Below, one piece after another: positions 56,866 to 64,000 of a stretch of 64,000 nucleotides of DNA. This DNA is from Bacteroidota bacterium. GTDB taxonomy: Bacteria > Bacteroidota > Ignavibacteria > UBA10030 > UBA8401. The number at the start of each line of letters is the position of its first letter. The first letter of the stretch is position 1. The DNA is taken from positions 1,021 to 65,020 of the forward strand of contig DATJXA010000032.1 of the NCBI GenBank assembly GCA_035500675.1. Reading direction: 5' to 3'. The translations under genes were made by a program, and so were the position numbers. The notes below the pieces were generated by a model, which did not search any database, was not told where the DNA came from, and saw nothing but the letters and a program-made list of their open reading frames with translations.

Positions 56866-58077
56866 GTGCTCAAAAATAAAAAAATTCTTCTCGGCATTAC
56901 CGGCGGAATTTCGGTGTACAAAATGTGCACGGTTGTACGCCTGTTGAAAAAAGCCGGGGCAGATGTGCGCGTCCTCATGACCCCGGCGGCCACGCAGTTC
57001 GTCACACCGTTGACATTTTCCACGTTATCGCAGAGGGAGGTCGTCACATCGCTATGGCCTGAGGCCAAAGAGGCAACGACCCGCGCGAGCGTTGAGCACG
57101 TCAACCTGGCCTTGTGGGGAGATATTATGCTCGTTGCGCCCGCAACCGCGAATACGATCGCAAAAATCGCCCATGGCGCTGCGGACGATGTCGTCTCGTC
57201 GACGATCCTTGCGCTCCGATGCCCGCTTCTTATCGCCCCGGCCATGGATGTCGATATGTATCTCAACGATGCTACGCAGGAAAACCTGCGAGTCCTCCGC
57301 GAGCGGGGGCACCATATCTTGCCGCCGGTGGAAGGCGAGCTGGCAAGCGGACTCGTCGGACCGGGGCGATTGCCCGAGCCGGAGGTCGTTGCCGCGTTCG
57401 TCGAATCGATCCTCGAAAAAACTCCTTTAGACCTTCGTGGGAAAAAAATTCTTGTGACCGCGGGACCTACGCACGAGCCCATCGACCCTGTGCGATTCAT
57501 CGGAAACCGTTCATCCGGAAAAATGGGCTTTGCCATCGCCAACGCTGCAGCGCAACGCGGCGCCGATGTCACTCTTATCGCGGGACCAGTGACGCTTGGC
57601 ACCCCGCACCATGTTTCACGCATCGACGTTGAGACCGCTGAACAAATGCATGCGGCCGTCAAGCAGCATGCAAAGAAATGCGACGCAGTCATTATGTCCG
57701 CCGCAGTGGCTGATTACACGCCGAAAAAAACGGCCGCGAATAAGATCAAAAAGGGGGCGAACGGCGCCGGACTGAGCCTTGAACTTGGATCCACGTCGGA
57801 CATTCTCAAAGAACTCGGCGCGCACAAAAACGGGACCGTCCTCGTTGGGTTCGCTCTCGAGACACAAGACGAACTTAAGAATGCAAAGGCAAAGCTACAA
57901 AGCAAAAACCTCGATTTCGTCGTTCTCAACAGCCCGCGCGTCGAAGGAGCTGCTTTCGGGTCGGACACCAATGTTGTCACTATCATCTCAAAGGGCGGCG
58001 CCGTTGAAAAGCTTCCCCGTTTGTCGAAATTTGATGTTGCCGTTGAAATCCTCAACCGCGTAGCCAAATTATTGTAA
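56866..58077 (+). CDS. coaBC: Bifunctional phosphopantothenoylcysteine decarboxylase/phosphopantothenate-cysteine ligase
   Basis: Flavoprotein N-domain (…KKILLGITGGISVYK…PAMDVDMY…) and DFP C-domain (…KILVTAGPTHEPIDPVRFIGNRSSGKMG…). GTG start. Confidence 0.9.
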   Translation: MLKNKKILLGITGGISVYKMCTVVRLLKKAGADVRVLMTPAATQFVTPLTFSTLSQREVVTSLWPEAKEATTRASVEHVNLALWGDIMLVAPATANTIAKIAHGAADDVVSSTILALRCPLLIAPAMDVDMYLNDATQENLRVLRERGHHILPPVEGELASGLVGPGRLPEPEVVAAFVESILEKTPLDLRGKKILVTAGPTHEPIDPVRFIGNRSSGKMGFAIANAAAQRGADVTLIAGPVTLGTPHHVSRIDVETAEQMHAAVKQHAKKCDAVIMSAAVADYTPKKTAANKIKKGANGAGLSLELGSTSDILKELGAHKNGTVLVGFALETQDELKNAKAKLQSKNLDFVVLNSPRVEGAAFGSDTNVVTIISKGGAVEKLPRLSKFDVAVEILNRVAKLL

Positions 58078-58129
58078 TCGTTGCCACAAAAAACGCGCGA
58101 CGGCATTATGCTTCCTGTCTTCTCATCGC

Positions 58130-58888
58130 ATGTCCAACGATCATCCTTCGTCGGAAGACGACCATGAACACGTAGCTCAAGAGTTCGCGCAACTCGTCAC
58201 GGGCGTTCAACAGTACCTCATGCAAGAACAGGATCTATTCGGAAACATCATCTATCCGGCGGACGGGCATCTGGAATCGAAAAAGGAAATTCCTTCTGCC
58301 GGTTATCCCAAGGAACCATGGACGGGAAAGGCGTCGCTCCAGGAACTTAATTCGGCAATTTGTGAGTGCCAAAAATGTCCTCTGGGCGCCACGCGCAATA
58401 AGTTCGTTTTCGGTGTTGGCAATCCGCATGCAGGACTGGTCCTGGTCGGAGAGGCTCCCGGCGCAGACGAAGACGCTCAAGGAGAGCCGTTCGTCGGACG
58501 GGCGGGACAACTGCTCAATAAAATTCTTGAGGCGATCAACTTCAAACGGGAAGATGTGTACATCTGCAATATCCTGAAGTGCCGGCCGCCGAATAATCGC
58601 GACCCGCAGCCGGCCGAAGTCGAACAATGCGAGCCGTACTTGTGGAAGCAGTTGGAAATCATCAAACCAAAAATTATTTTGTGCCTCGGCAGGATCTCTG
58701 CGCAAGTGCTGCTGAAGACGACGGACTCGCTGACGAAGCTCCGTGAAGGCGTGCACGATTATCGGGGAATACCGTTGATGGTCACCTACCATCCGGCGGC
58801 GCTCCTGCGCAACCCAAATTGGAAACGACCGACATGGGAAGACGTTCAAAGGATGCGAAAGATGTACGACGAGTTAAAAAGCAAGTAA
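58130..58888 (+). CDS. Family-4 uracil-DNA glycosylase (4Fe-4S, UdgA type)
   Basis: CxxC…C cluster ligands and GEAPG, with …CECQKCPLG…LVGEAPGADEDAQGEPFVGRAGQLL…CNILKCRPP…. Confidence 0.88.
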   Translation: MSNDHPSSEDDHEHVAQEFAQLVTGVQQYLMQEQDLFGNIIYPADGHLESKKEIPSAGYPKEPWTGKASLQELNSAICECQKCPLGATRNKFVFGVGNPHAGLVLVGEAPGADEDAQGEPFVGRAGQLLNKILEAINFKREDVYICNILKCRPPNNRDPQPAEVEQCEPYLWKQLEIIKPKIILCLGRISAQVLLKTTDSLTKLREGVHDYRGIPLMVTYHPAALLRNPNWKRPTWEDVQRMRKMYDELKSK

Positions 58889-58963
58889 GAATTATGAATG
58901 AGGAATTACGAATTAAAGAAATGGCGATTTGCTTTTCTTCATGCGGTCTAAACATCATCTACA

Positions 58964-60388
58964 ATGGCTGAAATTCTTAGACATAGCGTCACGCCGAACG
59001 AAAACCTGAGCGAGGGGAGGGTCCCGCCGCAGGCTGTAGAGATCGAGATGGCCGTTCTCGGGGCAATGCTCCTCGAAAAGGAGGCGATCTCAAAAGCTCT
59101 TGAGATCCTCGACGATACGGTCTTTTACAAGCCGGCGCATCAGAATATTTTTAAGGCGATGGTCGGCCTCTTCGAGAAAAGCGAAGCGGTGGATTCCATT
59201 ACCCTCGTCGAGGAACTCCGCCGGCGCGGGAAGCTGGACGAAATCGGCGGACCGGTCTATATCTCCGAGCTGACGATGCGCGTCACCTCCGCAGCGAACG
59301 TCGAGTATCATGCAAAAATCGTTTTGGAAAAAGCGCTCCTCCGCAACCTTATCTCCGCAAGCACCGAGGTGACGAGCCGCGCCTTCAACGAAACGGAAGA
59401 CGCGCTCGACCTGCTCGACGACGCCGAACAGAAGATCTTCCAGATCTCCGAAAAGCGCATGAAGAAAAGTTTTCTTTCCATGCGCGACGCCGTCTTCACG
59501 ACGATGGAAATGCTCGAGAGCATCCATGGCAAACATAGCGGAGTCACCGGAGTGCCGTCGGGTTTTTCGCAGTTAGATAACTGGACGGGGGGCTTTCAGG
59601 CCTCTGACCTCGTGATTGTTGCCGGGCGACCGAGCATGGGCAAGACGGCATTCGTTCTTTCTGCGGCCCGCAATGCCGCTATCGACCACGGGATCCCCGT
59701 CGCGTTTTTCAGCCTCGAAATGTCCTCTCAGCAGCTCGTTCTACGGCTCATCTGCGCGGAGGCGCGCGTAAACGCACACAACGTTCGCACGGGACGTTTG
59801 CCGGACGACCAGTGGCGTCAGCTCAGTACGCGGATTGGAAAACTGCACGCGGCAAAAATATTTATCGACGACACGCCGGCGCTCGGGATCCTTGAGCTTC
59901 GCGCAAAAGCCCGTCGCCTGAAGATCGAGCACAACATTGGAATGGTGATCGTCGACTATCTCCAACTCATGCAGGGACCGAAAAGCGCGCAGAGCCGCGA
60001 GCAGGAGATCTCCATGATCTCGCGTTCGTTAAAGGCGCTTGCAAAAGAACTCAACGTGCCGGTCCTCGCCCTGTCGCAGTTGAACCGCGCCGTCGAAGCG
60101 CGCAGCGACAAGCGCCCCGTCCTTGCCGACCTCCGCGAATCCGGCGCCATCGAACAGGACGCGGACGTCGTGCTCTTCGTCCATCGGCCGGAAATGTACG
60201 GCATTAAGATCGAAGGAGATAAATCGGTCGAAAACATCGCCGATATTATTATCGGCAAGCAGCGAAACGGCCCGACGGCAGACGTCCAGCTTTCCTTCAT
60301 CAAGGAATTTGCCCGCTTTGAGAACCTTTCTCTCAAAGTCTTCGACGAATACGGCCCGCCTGCCACGACGGGCGATGCTCCTTTCTGA
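58964..60388 (+). CDS. dnaB: Replicative DNA helicase
   Basis: N-terminal DnaB domain (…PPQAVEIEMAVLGAMLL…), Walker A GRPSMGKTAF, an arginine finger region and …SQLNR… motifs. The length (474 aa) is intein-free. Confidence 0.93.
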   Translation: MAEILRHSVTPNENLSEGRVPPQAVEIEMAVLGAMLLEKEAISKALEILDDTVFYKPAHQNIFKAMVGLFEKSEAVDSITLVEELRRRGKLDEIGGPVYISELTMRVTSAANVEYHAKIVLEKALLRNLISASTEVTSRAFNETEDALDLLDDAEQKIFQISEKRMKKSFLSMRDAVFTTMEMLESIHGKHSGVTGVPSGFSQLDNWTGGFQASDLVIVAGRPSMGKTAFVLSAARNAAIDHGIPVAFFSLEMSSQQLVLRLICAEARVNAHNVRTGRLPDDQWRQLSTRIGKLHAAKIFIDDTPALGILELRAKARRLKIEHNIGMVIVDYLQLMQGPKSAQSREQEISMISRSLKALAKELNVPVLALSQLNRAVEARSDKRPVLADLRESGAIEQDADVVLFVHRPEMYGIKIEGDKSVENIADIIIGKQRNGPTADVQLSFIKEFARFENLSLKVFDEYGPPATTGDAPF

Positions 60389-60469
60389 TGCAACCGCTGC
60401 TCGGTCGGCCAAAAGCCGCGAGCGCTTTCTCCTCGATTTCCTTTATCAAAACAAGATGAGACAACGACG

Positions 60470-61375
60470 ATGAACCGGCGAGACTTTATCGGCCGCGGGG
60501 CACTTGCCGCGCTCGTTCCCTTGCTTTCCGCCAGGCTGAATACATCGTTCGGGTCTGCGCTGTTCGCGACCCCAGACGATGCCGATGAGACAATTTGTGG
60601 GAAGAAGTTCTCCCTGGCGCTTTCGGACCGTCTCGAAGATAAACCGATCAATCAAGCGATCGTTGAGATCGGAAAATCTTTCATCGGCACCGACTACGCC
60701 GAGCATACGCTCGAGGAAGGCGGAGAAGAGCATCTCGTCGTCAACCTTCGCGTGCTCGACTGCGTTTCGTTCTATGAGAATGTGCTTGCGCTCGCTCGGT
60801 GCGTTAAAATGAAAACGCTCACCTTCGAGGCGTACAAAGCGCAGCTTCAATTTATCCGCTATCGGGGCGGCGTCATCGACGGTTATGCAAGCCGGCTTCA
60901 TTACACCACCGACTATTGGTTTGACAACGAAAAGAAGGGCGTGCTAAAAGTTGTGACGAAGGAGCTGTTCGGAGAAAAAGCAGTACAGCGGATTCCTACT
61001 CCGATCAATTTCATGTCGACACATCGAAGATCTTACCGGCAACTTTCGGACGATTCCGTTCTGGCAGAAATAGAAAAGCGGGAACAAGAGATCGGCAAGC
61101 GCGAGATGTTTTTTCTCCCCAAAGAAAGCGTTCATCTGTTCGCCGACCGCGTAAAAACGGGGTCGTTGATCGGGATAACGACGAGCATTCCGGGGCTCGA
61201 TGTATCACACACCGGCATTGCCCTGCGGACGGAAAGCGGTTCACTTCACCTTCTCCACGCCCCCGATGTCGGTCAAAAAGTTCAAATCACAAAGATGCCG
61301 CTGCACGAGTATCTTGCGAGAAATACGAAGCAGACGGGCATTATCGTTGCAGAAGCGCTGGAACCCCATCGATGA
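60470..61375 (+). CDS. Tat-signal exported protein, DUF1460-like (amidase-like fold), function unknown
   Basis: Twin-arginine motif MNRRDFIGRGALAALVP. The remainder (…ASRLHYTTDYWFDNEKKG…) resembles DUF1460-family proteins as I recall them; this is weak. Confidence 0.4.
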   Translation: MNRRDFIGRGALAALVPLLSARLNTSFGSALFATPDDADETICGKKFSLALSDRLEDKPINQAIVEIGKSFIGTDYAEHTLEEGGEEHLVVNLRVLDCVSFYENVLALARCVKMKTLTFEAYKAQLQFIRYRGGVIDGYASRLHYTTDYWFDNEKKGVLKVVTKELFGEKAVQRIPTPINFMSTHRRSYRQLSDDSVLAEIEKREQEIGKREMFFLPKESVHLFADRVKTGSLIGITTSIPGLDVSHTGIALRTESGSLHLLHAPDVGQKVQITKMPLHEYLARNTKQTGIIVAEALEPHR

Positions 61376-61400
61376 TCGTTGTATCAACCCATTAAGCAGC

Positions 61401-62099
61401 TTACTTCAGGGTCACCCAGTCAGCGATCGAACCTTCCTTGAGAAACGTATCCCCCGAACAGTGAAGCGTATCGGCATCGCGCGCTTCCTTAGAGATGATA
61501 AAATCTTCGCGTGTTCCGGCCCCCTTTGAGCGATACTGTTGAAACAATGAATCGGTCATGACGTCGAAGTACGAAATGAGCGCCCAACCGCTGTCCGACG
61601 CAACGCCCACCGCGATGTCGGACATCGTCTGAGAACCGATGTGGGTTCCAAGAGTGTCGCCTTCCTGAATCGTGTCGCCTACCGCGAGCGCCTTGCGAAG
61701 GTTAATATGGAAGATGATGAAATACAAAGAGGGGTATGCCTTTGACTCGATTTGTACCTGTGTTCCCGCCCATTCTTCAATCATCCGTGAAACTGTTCCA
61801 CCCACAGGCGCAATAATTTTTATCGCCGACCAATCGATATTTTCTTTCGGTTCGAAATAGTGTTTCATGCTCCGGCATTGTTCGAAATCGTCGTGGTAGT
61901 CGTGTCCAACCGAGGAGCGGAATTTCGAGACCCTGCCGATTTTATCAAGATCAATATAATTCGTAGCGACAAAATGAGGGGGAAAGGAGAATACCGCCGC
62001 CGAATCCACTGCGGTGACCGGAGAAGATCCTTCGCTTCGCGTATGACAACCCGCAAGTGCAAGAAAGAAGAGGGGAATGAGAATAATCCACTTTTCCAT
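61401..62099 (-). CDS. Lipoprotein with a degenerate LytM/M23-like domain
   Basis: Lipobox FFLALAGC. HxxxD (VGHDYHDD), …IIAPVGGTVSRM… and …FHINL… loosely follow the M23 motif order. Confidence 0.4.
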   Translation of the reverse strand: MEKWIILIPLFFLALAGCHTRSEGSSPVTAVDSAAVFSFPPHFVATNYIDLDKIGRVSKFRSSVGHDYHDDFEQCRSMKHYFEPKENIDWSAIKIIAPVGGTVSRMIEEWAGTQVQIESKAYPSLYFIIFHINLRKALAVGDTIQEGDTLGTHIGSQTMSDIAVGVASDSGWALISYFDVMTDSLFQQYRSKGAGTREDFIISKEARDADTLHCSGDTFLKEGSIADWVTLK

Positions 62100-62122
62100 T
62101 CTCAGTTCTGAATTCCTAATTC

Positions 62123-62998
62123 TTAATCATTAATTAAGCTCTTGAGTATTTTCATGTTCTCGACGTCTTCGTGTAAATCTTCGCTTTTAGGCGTTTCTAA
62201 AATTTTTGGAACTCTTGCAAATCGCCGGTCATTCATCAAAAGCGAAAACCCTTCGAGACCGATCATTCCCTTTCCGATGTGTTCATGCCTGTCCACATGA
62301 GAACCAAGTCCCTTCTTTGAATCGTTGCAGTGAAAAGCAACGAGCCGATCCAGGCCGATGATTCTCTCAAATTCACCGAAGGTTTCTTCATACCCCTTTG
62401 CCGTACGTATATCATAGCCGGCGGCAAAAACGTGGCACGTGTCGATGCACACTCCCATCCGATGTGGCTCATCAACCCCGTCAATAATTTTCGCCAAATG
62501 TTCAAACTTGTAACCAACCGCCGTTCCTTGTCCTGCTGTCGCCTCAACAACACTCAACACTTTAAATCCTTGCGTTCTCTCGTGGGCGATATTCAGGCTT
62601 TCGATGATTCGTTTTATTCCTTCTTCTTCGCCCGCGCCTCCATGCGCACCCGGATGAAAATTCAGAAGCTGTATGCCGAGTTGTTCGCACCGTGTGAGTT
62701 CGTCAACTAGCGCAGCACGCGACTTTTCAAGGATGTCTGGTTTGACAGCGCAGAGATTGATAAGGTAGGAATCATGGGCAACGACCGGTGCGATCCCAGC
62801 GGCCGTAATTTTCTTCCTGTAATTTTCCACCTCGGCGTCGCTGAGCGGCTTGGCGCTCCATTGGTTGTTATTTTTCGTGAACACCTGGAGCGCCGTACAG
62901 CCGATCGATGTTGCACGCTCGACTGCCTTATACATGCCTCCACTGATGGACATGTGGGCGCCGAGAAGGAGGGGTTTGGGCGAAGACGGAGTTGGCAT
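62123..62998 (-). CDS. nfo: Endonuclease IV (deoxyribonuclease IV, AP endonuclease family 2)
   Basis: …LLGAHMSISGG…, …HDSYLINL…, …NFHPGAH…, …LSVVEATAGQG…, …VCIDTCHVFAAGYD… and …VDRHEHIGKG… are the Nfo metal-ligand blocks in order. ATG at 62998 (MPTPSS…); the track start at 63019 is a TTG. Confidence 0.88.
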   Translation of the reverse strand: MPTPSSPKPLLLGAHMSISGGMYKAVERATSIGCTALQVFTKNNNQWSAKPLSDAEVENYRKKITAAGIAPVVAHDSYLINLCAVKPDILEKSRAALVDELTRCEQLGIQLLNFHPGAHGGAGEEEGIKRIIESLNIAHERTQGFKVLSVVEATAGQGTAVGYKFEHLAKIIDGVDEPHRMGVCIDTCHVFAAGYDIRTAKGYEETFGEFERIIGLDRLVAFHCNDSKKGLGSHVDRHEHIGKGMIGLEGFSLLMNDRRFARVPKILETPKSEDLHEDVENMKILKSLIND

Positions 62999-63010
62999 GG
63001 AAGAAAGTGA

Positions 63011-63119
63011 AAAGTGCAAAGGGCAAAATTACAATTAAAATTGGAAAATTATTTTCACTGTAGAATTGGCACAGGTTAAAATTTTTAACTTTACACTGTA
63101 ACTTTGCCCTTTGCACTTT
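63011..63119. repeat. 17-bp inverted repeat (AAAGTGCAAAGGGCAAA … TTTGCCCTTTGCACTTT) with an AT-rich ~75-nt spacer, between the methyltransferase stop and the nfo start
   Basis: Read directly from the sequence. The left arm lies 13-29 nt upstream of the nfo ATG at 62998 and overlaps the alternative TTG at 63019. Confidence 0.7.
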
Positions 63120-63132
63120 AACCTTTAAACTG

Positions 63133-64000
63133 TCATCGCCCTCTCGGCCGCAGAATAAAAAGAAAATCCAGCCCGAAATCATGAAGGCCGGGGATCATTT
63201 GCAAGTTGCCTTGAATGAACCGGTAGCGATAATAAAGATCCGAATGACGTTTCTTTTGTTCCGGAATGTGAACGTCGGACGAGGTCTGAGCTTTGGGGGT
63301 TTTGTGAGGGAAATAGTCGGTTTTCCAATCTCTTTTTCTCGGTAAAAGCCCGCTGCTCCTCATCCCTCTTTTGAGGCTATAGGTTTTCCGCTTTTCAACA
63401 ATGAAATTGAATTGGTCGAAAAGCTTCAGCAGGGTCCGTGCGGGGAAAAAAAAGATGTGTCCGTTTTTACTGCGGGCGGGTTTGTGTTCGAGGCGTGCAA
63501 ATTCAATCAGGTCGAGACTGTCGTTGTATCCGTTTGGAACCGAAAGAAAAAAGACGCCGTCGGGTTTGATGATGCGGCGGCATTCCTTCAAAAGCGAAAG
63601 GGGGTCGAGGACATGTTCAAGAACGTTGTTGACATGAACATAATCGAAGTAGGCGTCGGGGAACCGTGCGTCGGCGAGATCGCCTTGAACGACGTTGAGA
63701 TGGAGAACGTCGTGCGCATACCGCACGGCGCTTTCCCCAAAATCGGTCCCATACACTTCCCATTGAGAGTTATTCTTTATCCCATTGAGAAAAAAGCCGG
63801 TGGCGCATCCAACGTCGATGAAGCGCCCGTTCGTTTTCCAGCGCTTCAATCGTTGAGCAAACGCCATCCCTTTACCCTCTTCACGACCTCTGTCGAAATC
63901 GTAGTACGAAGCAGAATAAAACGCGGCTAGCTGTGCCGAGGACGGCATGGGATCAAAATAAACGACCCCGCAGCCATTGCACTCCGCAAGATCAAACTGA
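63133..64000 (-). CDS. Class I SAM-dependent methyltransferase; N-terminus continues beyond the right edge of the window (partial)
   Basis: SAM motif I (FIDVGCATGFF), …VHVNNVLEHV… and …DGVFFLSVPN…. Upstream of the first ATG (63948) the frame stays open to the window end and encodes …QFDLAECNGCGVVYFDP, a Zn-ribbon-like N-terminal extension, so the true start is probably outside the window. Confidence 0.75.
   Translation of the reverse strand, partial: QFDLAECNGCGVVYFDPMPSSAQLAAFYSASYYDFDRGREEGKGMAFAQRLKRWKTNGRFIDVGCATGFFLNGIKNNSQWEVYGTDFGESAVRYAHDVLHLNVVQGDLADARFPDAYFDYVHVNNVLEHVLDPLSLLKECRRIIKPDGVFFLSVPNGYNDSLDLIEFARLEHKPARSKNGHIFFFPARTLLKLFDQFNFIVEKRKTYSLKRGMRSSGLLPRKRDWKTDYFPHKTPKAQTSSDVHIPEQKKRHSDLYYRYRFIQGNLQMIPGLHDFGLDFLFILRPRGR

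Noticed and set aside
1-64000. Search for CRISPR arrays, tRNA/rRNA genes, transposases, integrases and prophage genes
   Set aside because: I saw no regularly spaced direct repeats, no tRNA-like cloverleaf candidates in the intergenic regions (29805-30062, 35598-35765, 38074-38303 and 45035-45115 were inspected) and no IS/integrase-like ORFs. The window appears free of classical mobile elements apart from the small paired-hairpin repeats.

Overview
This 64-kb window is mostly chromosomal core from a Gram-negative bacterium that, by its gene content, belongs to the FCB superphylum (Bacteroidota/Ignavibacteriota-like); GC looks to be about 55%. Two secreted proteins carry a type IX secretion (T9SS) C-terminal sorting domain ('…NPFNPSTxIxYSL…GxYFYRL…'). 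I found about 50 protein-coding genes and no rRNA, tRNA, CRISPR array, transposase or integrase. Housekeeping genes include glnD, murI, miaB, pta, rpsT, gmk, rpoZ, coaBC, dnaB, nfo, a family-4 uracil-DNA glycosylase, yicC and three SurA/PpiC-type chaperones. Accessory-looking content is: (i) a TetR-controlled RND efflux operon (tetR-tolC-MFP-RND); (ii) a tight three-gene exopolysaccharide module (wecB, a 1317-aa periplasmic deacetylase/hydrolase-like protein, a PgaC-like membrane GT2 synthase) that does not match canonical pga/pel/bcs/alg layouts; (iii) divergently from it, an atypical response regulator (TPR-like repeats, Pro-rich linker, receiver) followed by a 1136-aa protein with three lamin-tail (LTD) repeats interleaved with CARDB-like modules; (iv) a MoxR ATPase and a BatA-like VWA membrane protein bracketing two T9SS cargo genes (an S8 peptidase and a 1122-aa unknown); (v) a sigma-54 activator, LptE-like lipoprotein, second GT2 and TPR cluster; (vi) an NFACT/RqcH-like gene followed by a receiver-HisKA protein that lacks an ATPase domain. 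Non-coding observations are a ~90-bp paired-hairpin element present in two diverged copies flanking glnD-murI-GNAT, a nested-hairpin leader upstream of glnD, a heptanucleotide tandem repeat inside a lipoprotein signal-peptide coding region, a 12-bp palindrome upstream of tetR, and a 17-bp inverted repeat with a ~75-nt spacer upstream of nfo. All calls rest on reading the translated ORFs and raw sequence; no database searches were run.
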